From an uncultured Candidatus Saccharibacteria bacterium (GTDB lineage: Bacteria; Patescibacteriota; Minisyncoccia; Phycocordibacterales; GWA1-40-21): 64,000 bases of DNA. Positions 1-11,320 of the stretch are shown piece after piece. Within the stretch, counting starts at the first letter, position 1, and each line of letters begins with the position of its first letter. A program made the translations under genes and the position numbers. The DNA lies in assembly GCA_964513515.1 (NCBI GenBank), contig CAZEMP010000002.1, forward strand, positions 82,232 through 146,231. Direction: 5' to 3'. The notes under the pieces are model-generated. The model did not search any database and was not told where the DNA came from. It saw nothing but the letters and a program-made list of their open reading frames with translations.

Positions 1-2
1 CA

Positions 3-78
3 GTGTCATTCCCGTGCAAATGAGAATCCAGATTTTGTTTAATTAAGATGGATTCCCGTTTGCACGGGAATGACAGCT
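3..78. repeat. Palindromic MITE-like repeat, copy 1 (GTCATTCCCG-n-CGGGAATCCAGA...TAGATTCCCG-n-CGGGAATGACA)
   Basis: Two GTCATTCCCG/CGGGAATGAC hairpin arms around an AT-rich core. The same unit recurs at 15.5, 42.1 and 48.8 kb. Confidence 0.6.
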
Positions 79-174
79 GCACATAAATTAAATCTAATTT
101 TGTAGTAAACCGAGGACTCGCCTTTTCCCGTCATTTCATTCCTCCTCAAGGCAAGACCTCCGTTTACTTAATTT

Positions 175-2157
175 TTAAAAAGTTACATAGCTTCCACCTA
201 ATGTTTGGCTTTGTGTGCTTGCAGATGTAGTTATTTGGAGAGTTTTAGTCAAGTCTATCGGACATAGTAGAGAATTATACATATTTCTTACTCCACGAAG
301 CCAAGTCTTTATATTTTCTACCATTTTTACTTGAGGATCCGTATTAAATGAAGTCGAATTTACCGGAATCATTGCATCTGATACGGCTGTAATATTTCCT
401 GCGGCACGAACGGCATTTAATGCTTTATCAAGAAGAATGATATGCCCATTAGAATTTTCTAAGGCAGCGGTTATTACCTTAAAATTCCAAGGTATAGACG
501 CTATTATTCTTTCTGAATCAGGTTTTCCTTCTATATTCGTTATAACATTTGACCTTATTAGAGCTGATCTAAGATTGGTATCAATTCTGTTATATTTTAT
601 ATTACAAGCACTTGATAAAGAGAATACGTCTTTGCCTGAAGTGAGAACATTTTGTGCAACCAAATGTGTATTTTGATAATCTTTCTCTGATTTTAGCAGG
701 GAGTTTATAAGGCTACTTGCATTGTTCTTGGCTCTATCTAGTGCAGTAAGAGTATAATTACCCAAATTACCCAGAGTGGAATCGAATGTTATATCTGATA
801 TGGTACCAATTGCTGAATCTGGAGTGTTATTAAATATATCAGCAAGTGTTTTGCTTGGGGTTGATGTAGAGAACCAATTTGTCGTGGAGGTGCTAAATAC
901 TAGAGGTCCAAAATTATTTACTGTGAAAGCTGTAGTTGTAGGAATGGTAACATCTGGATTGCCCCAGTCCATATTATTCCAAGCTATTTGTTCATTAGAT
1001 AGATCATTTATGTTTTTATTGTATTCATTTATCGAATCGGTCCATGCAGTACCAAGGGCAGCATTATATTTTGCGTTTGCTGGAGTATTACCACAAAGTA
1101 CACCACATTCTAATTCGTCTAATACCCACGCCATGGCAGCACCTATCAAAGCTCCAAATATTTGATCTAGACCATCAGATAGTGTGGCTAGTTCCGCCTG
1201 TCTTTCTTGCGTCGTTGCTTTTTGTTGAAGCTTGGCTGTGATAATGGATCCTGGAGTTCTTGTAGCACAATCTGGAAGACCAACACTGACTACATTTTTT
1301 GGGGGGGCTGGTCGATCTCTAGAATCTGCAATGTATTCTCTTGATTTTTGTGTGTCACCATTTGCAAATGTATAATTATCAACACAAACTTTATATGAAA
1401 GTGCACCCTGACCATTTAGCAGATCTATTTTTTTTGTTTCTTGAGCTGTAGCTATTTTTGCATCCATATCAGCTTTTGCTATAAGATAAGCACCCACCGG
1501 ACTATTTTGAGGTTGTAATGTATTTTTAAGCCATGCATGCCATCCACCACCACGAGTAAAGTTGCTTACAGTTCTGCCATTAATTCTTCCATCTTTGTCT
1601 ATAACTACGGACCTACCGTTTAGATCAATAATAACTGTGGCAGTATTTGCAGCAGCATTAACATTTCTTGATATTTGAGTAAGAGTACAACCTATTCCCT
1701 GTAGTCCGTAACCATAGCTTAGTTGAAGCGCGAGTTTTACTTGAATCTTAAAAGGGTCACACAAAAAGCTTAGGTTTGAGTTGGTTGCAAATATTTCTCC
1801 CACGACCTGATCACCTATTCCACCAGGCCCAGTCAAAAATTTACCTACATCAGCTACATATGCCGGACTACCATTAAAACCTGTATTTATCCACTCAACA
1901 GTTGCTCTTGAAACCATCGCTATAAGTTTCATTGCAAGAATATGAGCCACCTTTTTTTGACTTATTTGCAAGTAACGTTCTGAATGCTCCCAAACATATT
2001 GGATAGAATTTCTAAAAGTGTCCCATACCTGGTTAAAAGAGTTTGCTAAAGCAGCATCTGCTCTTTTTGGTGCTGCTAAAAAGGTCAAATTCATAGATAG
2101 AATAGAGACTATCAGCATAAAAACTATTCTTTTTTTAAAACCTTTTTGGAAATTCAT
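175..2157 (-). CDS. Large secreted hypothetical protein with N-terminal signal peptide
   Basis: 660-aa ORF. N-terminal hydrophobic segment followed by an ...AAPKRADA cleavage-like site. No recognisable catalytic motif. Confidence 0.55.
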   Translation of the reverse strand: MNFQKGFKKRIVFMLIVSILSMNLTFLAAPKRADAALANSFNQVWDTFRNSIQYVWEHSERYLQISQKKVAHILAMKLIAMVSRATVEWINTGFNGSPAYVADVGKFLTGPGGIGDQVVGEIFATNSNLSFLCDPFKIQVKLALQLSYGYGLQGIGCTLTQISRNVNAAANTATVIIDLNGRSVVIDKDGRINGRTVSNFTRGGGWHAWLKNTLQPQNSPVGAYLIAKADMDAKIATAQETKKIDLLNGQGALSYKVCVDNYTFANGDTQKSREYIADSRDRPAPPKNVVSVGLPDCATRTPGSIITAKLQQKATTQERQAELATLSDGLDQIFGALIGAAMAWVLDELECGVLCGNTPANAKYNAALGTAWTDSINEYNKNINDLSNEQIAWNNMDWGNPDVTIPTTTAFTVNNFGPLVFSTSTTNWFSTSTPSKTLADIFNNTPDSAIGTISDITFDSTLGNLGNYTLTALDRAKNNASSLINSLLKSEKDYQNTHLVAQNVLTSGKDVFSLSSACNIKYNRIDTNLRSALIRSNVITNIEGKPDSERIIASIPWNFKVITAALENSNGHIILLDKALNAVRAAGNITAVSDAMIPVNSTSFNTDPQVKMVENIKTWLRGVRNMYNSLLCPIDLTKTLQITTSASTQSQTLGGSYVTF

Positions 2158-2218
2158 TATTCTAAATCCTTTTATATATTTACTTTCCCTACCAATACCT
2201 TCTATTGTATACCTATCT

Positions 2219-3214
2219 TTATATTTTTAAAATACTGTCTATTGTACTCATGGTTGAAAATAGATCTTTGATTGTGCTGTTATATATTGCCAAGTTTGAA
2301 AAAATATTTAAGGAATCTTTATCTGAGTTTGCTATATCTTTGTCTATCGCAATTATTATTTCTAGATCATTTATTATTTTTAAATGATAACTCACATCGT
2401 AATAGCCTATGGCAACGGGCAGGGGCATTTTCACAAGATTATTTACAATTGATTGGTATTTATCAGTTAATTTTAATAATTCTACTCTTGTGCTAGTAGC
2501 ACCATTTGAGATGTATGAGCCGATCAAATCCATATCCGTTCCTATGATTGGAGCTAACATTAAAGATTGTGATGCAAAACCCTTTACATAATCAATCATG
2601 TTTTTATTTAGGTTTGTGATATCTGTCTTTAACAAATTTAAATCGGTGATTTTTGTTACACCGGTATATTTTTTTACCGGAAGATCACTTAAACTTTTTG
2701 AGAGTATAGAATTAATAGTATATTCATCGAGCGAGCCGCTTATTGGTTGAGAAGCAATAACATTTGATACCAGGTTTCTTGAAAATCTATCTATTTCATT
2801 CAGTTTCTCATATTCTTCGAGTGCTTTTTTATTTTCTTCTATTATTTGTGGATCTATTTTGTCGGTCGGCTCTTCATTATTTATTGCCGTATTTGCTTTT
2901 AAGGCATCTCTATTTTGTGAAATCTCGTCAAAGTCTGATGTCCCATCTCCATCAGTATCTGTTTTTTTAGGATCAGTACCATAAAGACCCTCTTTCCAGT
3001 CTGGTAGACCATCATTATCAGTATCTGTATTTATAATACCGTATGTTGTATCTGTTGTAGAAACAAGATCACCATTTACGTAGTTTGTTGTATTTGATCT
3101 CCAAAAATTGAATATTATAGCCAAAAGAATAATAGCTATAGCTATAGATAGTGCCACCACAAATTTTTTAGATGGTAAATATTTTTTATCTATCATGCTG
3201 AATATTACTAGCAA
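2219..3214 (-). CDS. Membrane-anchored protein with thrombospondin-type-3-like Ca-binding repeats (DxDxDG)
   Basis: N-terminal transmembrane helix, then DTDNDGLPDW..TDTDGDGTSDFDE acidic repeats. Confidence 0.5.
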   Translation of the reverse strand: MLVIFSMIDKKYLPSKKFVVALSIAIAIILLAIIFNFWRSNTTNYVNGDLVSTTDTTYGIINTDTDNDGLPDWKEGLYGTDPKKTDTDGDGTSDFDEISQNRDALKANTAINNEEPTDKIDPQIIEENKKALEEYEKLNEIDRFSRNLVSNVIASQPISGSLDEYTINSILSKSLSDLPVKKYTGVTKITDLNLLKTDITNLNKNMIDYVKGFASQSLMLAPIIGTDMDLIGSYISNGATSTRVELLKLTDKYQSIVNNLVKMPLPVAIGYYDVSYHLKIINDLEIIIAIDKDIANSDKDSLNIFSNLAIYNSTIKDLFSTMSTIDSILKI

Positions 3215-3273
3215 TTATATAATTAATGATGACAAAATACAATGATAAATAGGCACGTTTGATGTTTTTTGGG

Positions 3274-4830
3274 TCAGTTTTGCTGATAAGAGTTTTTTTC
3301 TATATTTTTAATAAAATCTATGTTGTGAGGTAAGTAGTTCCAAACTATCGGTATCATAAGTTTTTCAACTGGTGCGAAGTTGTTTGTAAGTATGGTCGAT
3401 GTAGCATTTGTAAAATATTTTGTAGGTGCCATTCTTTTATATAAGAAACTCTTATTTTGCTTTAATTTTTGGTATAGATCGGTCTCTTTTAACGGTAGTT
3501 CCCCATTTATTCCTATCAGCACAATATTTTGTACATATTCTGGATTATCATCAAAACTAAAAATATAAAAATTTGGAAAACTTATTTTAAAAGTATTCAA
3601 TACACTTTTTGTAAACTCCGACTTTTCACCAACGAGAGCCCCAACAAAATTTATTGCATAAATGCCATTGTCATTTAGTCTGTTTTTTACCTCAGCATTC
3701 CACTCTTTAGTTAATAGATACCATGGGACAGAAATAAAAGAATTATAGGCATCACCAAAGATCAAATCATATTTTTTGTCATCCTTGCTTATAATTACTT
3801 TCGCATCACCAAGGATTGTGTCGATAGCGTAATCTTTTAAGCCAAAATAATCTTCACTAATTTTTTTTATTTCTGGATCCATTTCTATAACAGATACAAT
3901 ACTATCCTTATAATAACCTTTAAAATATTTAGGCATTGTATATGCACCAGCTCCTATTACTAATATATTTTTTATCTCATTTTTTAAATAAGAAAAAACC
4001 GGATACATTTCCGGATAAAAATACTCGCTAACATTTTCTGGCAATACACTGTGAGCATCAGTGTCTAATACTAAAACCCTTGACTGCCCAAAGGTTGGAA
4101 TATATGTATCAAAAATCTTCGCATTATAATAATTGGTTTCTTTTTGAAACACCAAGCTTCCCTCACCGCTAGCTTTTCCCGAAGTTAAAAAATATAAAGT
4201 GAAAATAATTAGTAAAATAATTGATAAATTAACATTAAACTTATTCTTTTCTAGAAATTTAATACCTGTAAGTAAAAGAATAAAAGCTACAACAAAAAGC
4301 GTTTCAGTACTTCCAATTGTAGATATAAAAACAAATCCAGTTAAAAATACACCAAGAACGCTACCTATAGACCAAACAGCTGATAATATCCCATATTCAC
4401 TACCTATTTTTGAAAAATCATCAGCAAAGTTTTTGAGTATTATTGGCTGAAGTGTACCTATAGATATGGCAGGAAGTAAAAATAAATATATAGACAGGAG
4501 CAAATTTAACCACAAAATTGAATTTGAACTGTTAACTAAAAATTCAGTATTTTTTGACAATATTGGAATTATAAAAATAAATATTGATGAAGCTAAAAAG
4601 GCAAATGATAAAGTATCCTTGTTTTCTGTTTTGTCTGCTAACTTTCCTCCGATAAAATTTCCTAAAGATAGGCCCAGTAAAGTTATTCCTATTACAGATG
4701 TCCATGTAAAAACCGAACTACCAATTATTGGTGCCACAATTCTAGAAGATATTAATTCTACTGTCATTATTGAAAACCCAGCAATAAACGAAGCAACGGT
4801 ATAGATTATTTTTTTACTTGATATTGTCAT
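3274..4830 (-). CDS. Fused polytopic membrane domain / spermidine synthase-like (polyamine aminopropyltransferase family) protein
   Basis: N-terminal half has multiple transmembrane helices. C-terminal half carries a spermidine-synthase-type Rossmann motif (ILVIGAGAYTMPKYF ... DLIFGDAYNSF). Confidence 0.6.
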   Translation of the reverse strand: MTISSKKIIYTVASFIAGFSIMTVELISSRIVAPIIGSSVFTWTSVIGITLLGLSLGNFIGGKLADKTENKDTLSFAFLASSIFIFIIPILSKNTEFLVNSSNSILWLNLLLSIYLFLLPAISIGTLQPIILKNFADDFSKIGSEYGILSAVWSIGSVLGVFLTGFVFISTIGSTETLFVVAFILLLTGIKFLEKNKFNVNLSIILLIIFTLYFLTSGKASGEGSLVFQKETNYYNAKIFDTYIPTFGQSRVLVLDTDAHSVLPENVSEYFYPEMYPVFSYLKNEIKNILVIGAGAYTMPKYFKGYYKDSIVSVIEMDPEIKKISEDYFGLKDYAIDTILGDAKVIISKDDKKYDLIFGDAYNSFISVPWYLLTKEWNAEVKNRLNDNGIYAINFVGALVGEKSEFTKSVLNTFKISFPNFYIFSFDDNPEYVQNIVLIGINGELPLKETDLYQKLKQNKSFLYKRMAPTKYFTNATSTILTNNFAPVEKLMIPIVWNYLPHNIDFIKNIEKNSYQQN

Positions 4831-4831
4831 T

Positions 4832-5674
4832 TTATATAACCAATTTTTTTATTAGTTCTTTCCAATCATTAAGTTTTAGATCTTCAGACCGTGCCTTTTC
4901 TGATATTTTTAAGTCTTGAAATATTTTTAACAAATCATTTTTTCCATATCTTTCTTTTAAATTTGCTATAAGCATCTTTCTTTTGTGCGCAAATCCTGTT
5001 TTTATCACATTAAAAAATTTTTCTTCACTCATTTCTTCAAAAAAAACTTTAGAAATATTATCTATAAGCAAAATAGCAGAATCCACTTTTGGTTTTGGGC
5101 TAAAATTTTCTTTTTCTACCTTCATTATTTTTTTTGCTACCCCGTACGCTTTTACAGATAAAGAAAGCAAGCTTTCTTTTCCATCTCTAGCCACAATCCT
5201 GTCCGCGATTTCTTTTTGTACCATTATGACAAGTTTTTTTGGTTGAATATTTCCAGATAAGAATTTTCTGAATATTAGGCCAGTAATATAGTATGGAATG
5301 TTGGCAACCACCTTATAGTCACCATTTTTTAAGCCAGTCCACGCAAGGTCCAATTCTAAAACATCGCCATGAATAAGGTTAAATTTGCCACTTTCAGTTT
5401 CTTTTAAAAACTTTTCATTTAACAGATCTATAAGTCTGTCATCTTTTTCTACCGCGAATATTTTTGCACCCGTTTCTAAAAGTTTTTCTGTAAGAGCGCC
5501 CTGTCCCGGCCCAATCTCAAGCACAGTATCAGCAGACGTGATTTTTCCAGCATCTATCATGGCAGCTAAAGCCCTTTTTGACTTTAGGAAGTTTTGTCCC
5601 AGTGACTTTTTCGCATGTATTGCTTCTGTATTTTGCATTTCAATTTTTGAATTATTTGTAGACATTAGTATCAT
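4832..5674 (-). CDS. rsmA: 16S rRNA (adenine1518/1519-N6)-dimethyltransferase RsmA/KsgA
   Basis: SLGQNFL motif and SAM-binding EIGPGQGALT, both typical of KsgA. Confidence 0.85.
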   Translation of the reverse strand: MILMSTNNSKIEMQNTEAIHAKKSLGQNFLKSKRALAAMIDAGKITSADTVLEIGPGQGALTEKLLETGAKIFAVEKDDRLIDLLNEKFLKETESGKFNLIHGDVLELDLAWTGLKNGDYKVVANIPYYITGLIFRKFLSGNIQPKKLVIMVQKEIADRIVARDGKESLLSLSVKAYGVAKKIMKVEKENFSPKPKVDSAILLIDNISKVFFEEMSEEKFFNVIKTGFAHKRKMLIANLKERYGKNDLLKIFQDLKISEKARSEDLKLNDWKELIKKLVI

Positions 5675-5698
5675 TTGTATAATTTGTTGATTCGTAAG

Positions 5699-7642
5699 CT
5701 ACCACTCTAAGTAAACAATCTTTTCTCTATATTCAAAGTTTTCCTCTTCTAAGAAATCATTATCAAATTCCCCGAGAAATATTGATGGTAAGTTCATCTG
5801 TTGTGAGCCAAAAATGGTTCTCATCTCCGCATAAGTCAAGAATAGCTTAATTCTTGCGCGAGTCAAAGCCACATAAAACAATCTTCTCTCCTCCTCCACT
5901 TCCTCTGGCGTTTTTTCTTCTGTGCCCATTCCTTGGTGTGGAAAAAGATCTTGTTCAAGGCCGGTGACAAAAACATAATCAAACTCCAAACCTTTTGATG
6001 CATGAACTGTCATAAGCTTTACTGCACTTTCATTTTTCTCGAGTGTGTCTTGATCTGAAGCTAAAGAGGCTTCTTCTAAAAGTTTTTCTATACCTTCTGG
6101 TTTTGGAAGATGATCATATTTTATTGCCAATGTTGCAAGCTCACGCATGTTTTCCAATCTTTCCCTATCTTCGTCATTACCTTTTTGTAATTCAAATTCT
6201 AGGCCAGATTCTTTTATTATATATTTCACGACTTCAGAAGGTTTTAATTTTTCTGTTTGACTCTTAATCTTTATTAGAAGATTGAAAAAATTATTTACTT
6301 TTTCTTTCACGCCGTCTGGTAATGTATCTTTTCCACCTGCAAAGATTTTTAAAATCGTAACCTTACCTATTCCCCTTGCCGGAACATTTATTATTCTTTT
6401 TAGATCACTCAAACTTTCCGGATTTACACTGGCTCGAAGAAAAGACAAAATATCTTTAACCTCTTTTCTGTCAAAAAATTTTGTTCCGAGCACTTGGTAC
6501 GGAACACTTTCTGTTAGAAACGCTTCTTCAAGTACACGAGATTGAAAGTTCGCTCTATATAGTACAGCTATTTCTCTAGGACTTACGCCATTTGCTATGA
6601 GTTCTTGTGATTTCCTGGCTATAAATCTGGCCTCCTCGATTTCATTTAAAGCCTTTAAAAATGAGACTTTTTCACCAATATCGTTTTTCGTGAATAGGTT
6701 TTTTTCTCTTCGTAATTTGTTTTTTTGTATTACCTCGTTTGCTACAGCGAGAATGGTTTGTGTAGAGCGATAATTCTCTTCAAGCAAGATCACTCTAGCT
6801 TCTGGATAGTCTTTTTCAAAACTTAAAATATTTTGAATATCTGCACCGCGCCAACTATAAATACTCTGGTCTATATCCCCCACAACACAAATATTTCTAA
6901 ACTTTTCTGCCAAAAGTTTTGCAGTCATGTACTGAACTTTATTTGTATCTTGATATTCATCAATGTGAATATATTTCCAAAGATTTTGATATTTTTCTAA
7001 AATATCTTTATTGTTTTTTAATATGTTATAAGTTTTTAGTAATAGGTCATCAAAATCTAAAGCTTTTTCTTCAGCAAGTTTTTTTTCATACAATGGCCAA
7101 ACTTTTGCTGTGACAGATTTTAATGTATATCCATCTTCTGCGTCAGTAGAATAATTTTCGATTGTATTTAAATCCCCTTTTTCGCGAGATATGATATTTA
7201 AAATTTTATTTGGTTCAAATTGTTTTGGATCTATATCTAAACTTTTCAAACACTCTTTTATAAGCTTTGAAGAATCGCTTCTGTCCATAATGCTAAAGTT
7301 TCTTGTAAGACCAATGAGTCTGCTATTTTCTTTTAATATATGTACTCCAAGTGAATGGAACGTACTTACAAAAGGCTTGTAATGATAGCTGAGCGGAATG
7401 TTTAATGTCTTGTCTTCAGCAATTATTTTCTCAACCCTTTCGCGCATCTCTTTAGCTGCCTTGTTTGTGAATGTTATGGCTAAGATATTTTCTGGATGAA
7501 CCCCATCTTTGATCAGATGTAGTATTCTATGCGCCAAAGTCTTGGTTTTGCCTGCACCAGCTCCAGCAATTATCAAAATAGGTCCGTTTTTTTGTAAAAC
7601 AGCTTCTTTTTGTTGCACGTTTAATCCTAAAAGATGACTCAT
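5699..7642 (-). CDS. pcrA: ATP-dependent DNA helicase UvrD/PcrA family
   Basis: Walker A GAGAGKTKTL with UvrD-type helicase motifs throughout. 647 aa. Confidence 0.85.
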   Translation of the reverse strand: MSHLLGLNVQQKEAVLQKNGPILIIAGAGAGKTKTLAHRILHLIKDGVHPENILAITFTNKAAKEMRERVEKIIAEDKTLNIPLSYHYKPFVSTFHSLGVHILKENSRLIGLTRNFSIMDRSDSSKLIKECLKSLDIDPKQFEPNKILNIISREKGDLNTIENYSTDAEDGYTLKSVTAKVWPLYEKKLAEEKALDFDDLLLKTYNILKNNKDILEKYQNLWKYIHIDEYQDTNKVQYMTAKLLAEKFRNICVVGDIDQSIYSWRGADIQNILSFEKDYPEARVILLEENYRSTQTILAVANEVIQKNKLRREKNLFTKNDIGEKVSFLKALNEIEEARFIARKSQELIANGVSPREIAVLYRANFQSRVLEEAFLTESVPYQVLGTKFFDRKEVKDILSFLRASVNPESLSDLKRIINVPARGIGKVTILKIFAGGKDTLPDGVKEKVNNFFNLLIKIKSQTEKLKPSEVVKYIIKESGLEFELQKGNDEDRERLENMRELATLAIKYDHLPKPEGIEKLLEEASLASDQDTLEKNESAVKLMTVHASKGLEFDYVFVTGLEQDLFPHQGMGTEEKTPEEVEEERRLFYVALTRARIKLFLTYAEMRTIFGSQQMNLPSIFLGEFDNDFLEEENFEYREKIVYLEW

Positions 7643-8007
7643 TCGGGTAAATATAACATAACTGAGCGATAGTAAGTAATTTTATCTAAATTTATAGGTT
7701 TTTTTGCTATTTTAGTCTGGCAGAATTGCTTTTTTGTCTTTACTGTCAACTTTTAGTGAACAGTTTGGTTGTGGATAAGTAGGTTGACTACTACCCACCC
7801 AGGAGTATCATTATATACTGTGTTGATTCTGATACGGACGCGCAGAAATATGGCTATAAATAAGCATATTTTTCAGAAGATACCGAAAACACATTAAAAA
7901 AGCGGCTTATTATAAGGAAAAATACTATAAATGGCTCAAAGAGTGGTTTAGACACCAAGGGTCAGTCAATAAAATCTATATTTTTCACCATTTATTCAAG
8001 ATGGTTT

Positions 8008-9012
8008 TTGGCTTTTTTGTTTGTTTTTAACTTTATTTCTATCTTTCCGGTCACAGCAAATGCTGGCTTTTTCTCATTTTTGTTCTCAGTTAGCTCATCT
8101 ATAGCGACAGAAGTACAAAATACTGATTCAAACTCACAAAATGTACAACTTCTTACAAGTACTCCAAACTTTGATTCAAATGCAGCTGTTGGAGGAGGAG
8201 ATATTAGCACTGCAGATTACGGCGAGGCATTAGTTGCAGAAAGCGGTCCTTCAGGTACGCAAGCGGATATAAGCGACACTGTTAATACAGGTCAGATTAG
8301 TAAATATATAGTAAGAAAAGGAGATAGTTTAGGATCTATTGCAAAAATGTATGGTGTTACTACAAATACTATCATTTGGGCCAACAACATGACTTCAAAT
8401 AGCGTAAAAGAAGGACAGGCGCTTATTATTTTGCCAGTTTCAGGTACTTTGCATACTGTAGTTAAAGGAGATACTTTAAGTTCTATCGCAAAGAAATATA
8501 AAGCAGATGTAGGTGAGATTTCTCAATTTAACAATTTAGAATCCGGAGTTTCGCTTGCAATTGGAGATACTATAATAATTCCAGACGGTGAAGGAACAAT
8601 AAGAGTTAGTGGTACTACCAAGTCATCTTTCACAAGTTCATTTAAAGGTGGAAGCGGTCCAGAATATAGCGGATATTATATTAGACCGATAGCTGGTGGT
8701 ATAAAGACACAAGGTTTACACGGATATAACGGTGTGGATATAGGTGTACGTACCGGAACAACATTATATGCAGCTGCAGCCGGTCAGGTCATGATTGCTA
8801 AAGGCGCTGGATGGAACGGAGGTTATGGAAAATACATCGTCATTTCACACTACAACGGAACACAAACAGTTTATGGACACTTGAGCCAAGTTGTCGTAAA
8901 TGAAGGAGATCTTGTTTATCAAGGTCAGATAATTGGAGCAACAGGAAATACTGGACGTTCAACAGGACCACACTTACACTTTGAGATACGTGGTGCTAAG
9001 AATCCATTTTAG
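8008..9012 (+). CDS. Secreted LysM-domain M23 family metallopeptidase
   Basis: Signal peptide, two LysM repeats (YIVRKGDSLGSIAKMYGV.., HTVVKGDTLSSIAKKY..), C-terminal M23 signature (HxH ...GPHLHFEI). Confidence 0.8.
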   Translation: MAFLFVFNFISIFPVTANAGFFSFLFSVSSSIATEVQNTDSNSQNVQLLTSTPNFDSNAAVGGGDISTADYGEALVAESGPSGTQADISDTVNTGQISKYIVRKGDSLGSIAKMYGVTTNTIIWANNMTSNSVKEGQALIILPVSGTLHTVVKGDTLSSIAKKYKADVGEISQFNNLESGVSLAIGDTIIIPDGEGTIRVSGTTKSSFTSSFKGGSGPEYSGYYIRPIAGGIKTQGLHGYNGVDIGVRTGTTLYAAAAGQVMIAKGAGWNGGYGKYIVISHYNGTQTVYGHLSQVVVNEGDLVYQGQIIGATGNTGRSTGPHLHFEIRGAKNPF

Positions 9013-9121
9013 TTAGCTTTTAGTTGTTAGCTGCTAACTTTTAGGAAATACAGAAAACCAAAAAGGAATTTTCGCTCTGCGAAAATTCCTTTTTGATTTT
9101 CTAACAGCTAACAGCTAATAG

Positions 9122-10681
9122 CTATTGATTACGTTTTGGTCTATATTGCAATGCTTCAAGTATATGAGAAGAATTTATTGTCTCGTCTCCGGCAAGATCA
9201 GCTATTGTTCTTCCAAGTTTTATCACCCTGTGATATGCACGAGCCGATAAATCTAATCTTTTTGCAGAAGTATTTAATATTTCCCTTGCTTCTTTTTCTA
9301 GATCAACTATCTTACTAATGTCTTTTGCCTCAAGTTCGCTATTTGTTTTTATTTTTCTATTTGCTTTTGTAAACCTATTTTTTTGTATTTCTCTTGCCTT
9401 TATAACCCTATCTTTTATTTCAAGAGTTTCTTTTTTATCTGTATCCGTGCCAGAGAGTTTCTCATAATTGATTTGTGAAACTTCTACCCACATATCTATA
9501 CGGTCTATTATTGGACCAGATATTTTTCTTTGATATCGAAGTAGATCTGTTGGTTTGCAAATACATTCTTTTGTTTTTGAACCGAAATTTCCACAAGGAC
9601 AGGGATTCATTGCTGCTATTAGTATAAAATTGGCAGGAAAAGTGACAGTGCCTTTTGATCTTGAAATACTTATCTCACTTTCTTCAAGTGGTTCACGAAG
9701 TGTATCTATTACCTTTCTATCGAATTCTGGAAATTCATCAAGAAAAAGTACACCACGATGAGCCAAAGTTATTTCTCCTGGTTTGGGAATTGTTCCACCC
9801 CCAACAATAGAAACATAAGAAGCTGTGTGATGTGGTGCACGAACAGGAGATCTGGTAATAATATCTTTCTTTAATACCCCAGCCACTGAATGAATAGAGG
9901 TTATCTCTAGTATTTCATCAAAGGAAAGGGTTGGAAGAATGTGAGCAAATGCTTTTGCTAACATAGTCTTTCCTGTTCCTGGTGGTCCATACATGGCAAT
10001 ATTGTGTCCTCCAGCAGCTGCAATCTCAAGTCCCCTTTTTGCTGTCTCTTGTCCTTTTATCTCACTAAAATCTGTAATGAGTTCATCCTCTTCTATAATT
10101 ATTTTGGTTTTTGCCTGTTGCTCAATCTTTCTTGGTATATTTTTTTCTTTTGCTTGAGATTTTTTGATATTTAAATGTTCTATAATTTCTTTTAGATTAT
10201 TTGCTCCGTATATTTTTATGTCAGAAACAAGAGCGGCTTCTTTTGCATTGGCTTTTGGCAAAAATACTTCTGTAAAACCGCAATTTTTTGCTTCTGCAAC
10301 TATAGGAAGCACGCCGTTTATTTTTCTTAAATTTCCATCAAGAGAAAGTTCACCAAGGAACAATATTTTTTTAGAATCAAACTCTACATCTCCACTTGCT
10401 AGTAAATATGAAAGCGAGATGGCGACATCAAAGATTGGTCCTTCCTTTTTTATATCTGCAGGAGCTAGTGATACAACAACTTTTTGATTTAAACTTTTAG
10501 GAGAAGTAAAACCACTGTTTTTTATTGAAGCTGAAACTCTATCTTTGGATTCTTCCACTCCTTTGTCTGGTAGTCCTACTATAGTAAAAGAGTGCAGTCC
10601 TTTTGATAGGTCTATCTCCACATCTATTATTTTTGCACCTAGACCTATTGTTTGTGCACTAAAAGTTTTAGAAAAACTCAT
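9122..10681 (-). CDS. comM: Mg-chelatase-like AAA+ ATPase ComM/YifB
   Basis: N-terminal Lon-like ChlI domain and Walker A GPPGTGKTMLAKAF. Length is typical of the YifB family. Confidence 0.85.
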   Translation of the reverse strand: MSFSKTFSAQTIGLGAKIIDVEIDLSKGLHSFTIVGLPDKGVEESKDRVSASIKNSGFTSPKSLNQKVVVSLAPADIKKEGPIFDVAISLSYLLASGDVEFDSKKILFLGELSLDGNLRKINGVLPIVAEAKNCGFTEVFLPKANAKEAALVSDIKIYGANNLKEIIEHLNIKKSQAKEKNIPRKIEQQAKTKIIIEEDELITDFSEIKGQETAKRGLEIAAAGGHNIAMYGPPGTGKTMLAKAFAHILPTLSFDEILEITSIHSVAGVLKKDIITRSPVRAPHHTASYVSIVGGGTIPKPGEITLAHRGVLFLDEFPEFDRKVIDTLREPLEESEISISRSKGTVTFPANFILIAAMNPCPCGNFGSKTKECICKPTDLLRYQRKISGPIIDRIDMWVEVSQINYEKLSGTDTDKKETLEIKDRVIKAREIQKNRFTKANRKIKTNSELEAKDISKIVDLEKEAREILNTSAKRLDLSARAYHRVIKLGRTIADLAGDETINSSHILEALQYRPKRNQ

Positions 10682-10844
10682 TTATCCGAGAAAATTTTTG
10701 CCAACAAAAAATGTTTGTTTGGCTTAATCACTGTGTTCATTGTATCATACAAATCATTTTATAGACCTGGTTATGATAATCAATTTTTTAACAAACATTG
10801 GCAAAAACTTTAACGGGCAAGTTATACAGTAATCCACATAAAAC

Positions 10845-10895
10845 AAAATGAACACAGAGACGTTTTTGCTTTGCAAAAACGTCTCTGTGTTTTAG
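10845..10895 (-). terminator. Rho-independent terminator hairpin downstream of the dksA-like gene
   Basis: AACACAGAGACGTTTTTGC...GCAAAAACGTCTCTGTGTT perfect stem followed by a T-run. Confidence 0.6.
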
Positions 10896-10922
10896 TTTCT
10901 TAATATTTATATCCCCTTCATA

Positions 10923-11312
10923 TTACTTCGCGTGCTTTACGCAGGTTTTTGCTGAAGGATTTGCTTCCAGTCTCGCTTCAGGAATGTCTTCCCCACCAAC
11001 CTCACATTTTCCATATGTTCCGTTCTTTATTTTTTCTAATGCAGCCTTTATATCATTGTATTGTGGCTCAAGCTTTCTCAAAAGTGCTGAGTTTTCACCA
11101 AAACTCTCCATCTCGTCTGCCACATCATTCTCATCTGCCGGATCTGAACCCATATCTGTCTCAACCGGCTCCCAATCTTTTGGATTTGAAGGGTTAACAC
11201 GAGCAATTTTACCCATTTCCATTTCTACTAATTTTAGCTCTTTTTCTAATAGTTTTTTATATTTGTCTGTATTCATATAAGCAAAGTGTACCAAAATTAA
11301 ATGATTAAACAA
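10923..11312 (-). CDS. DksA/TraR-family C4-type zinc-finger protein
   Basis: C-terminal CxxC...CxxC pattern (CEVGGEDIP...CVKHAK) with an acidic coiled-coil N-terminus. Confidence 0.5.
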   Translation of the reverse strand: MFNHLILVHFAYMNTDKYKKLLEKELKLVEMEMGKIARVNPSNPKDWEPVETDMGSDPADENDVADEMESFGENSALLRKLEPQYNDIKAALEKIKNGTYGKCEVGGEDIPEARLEANPSAKTCVKHAK

Positions 11313-11320
11313 GCTTGTTT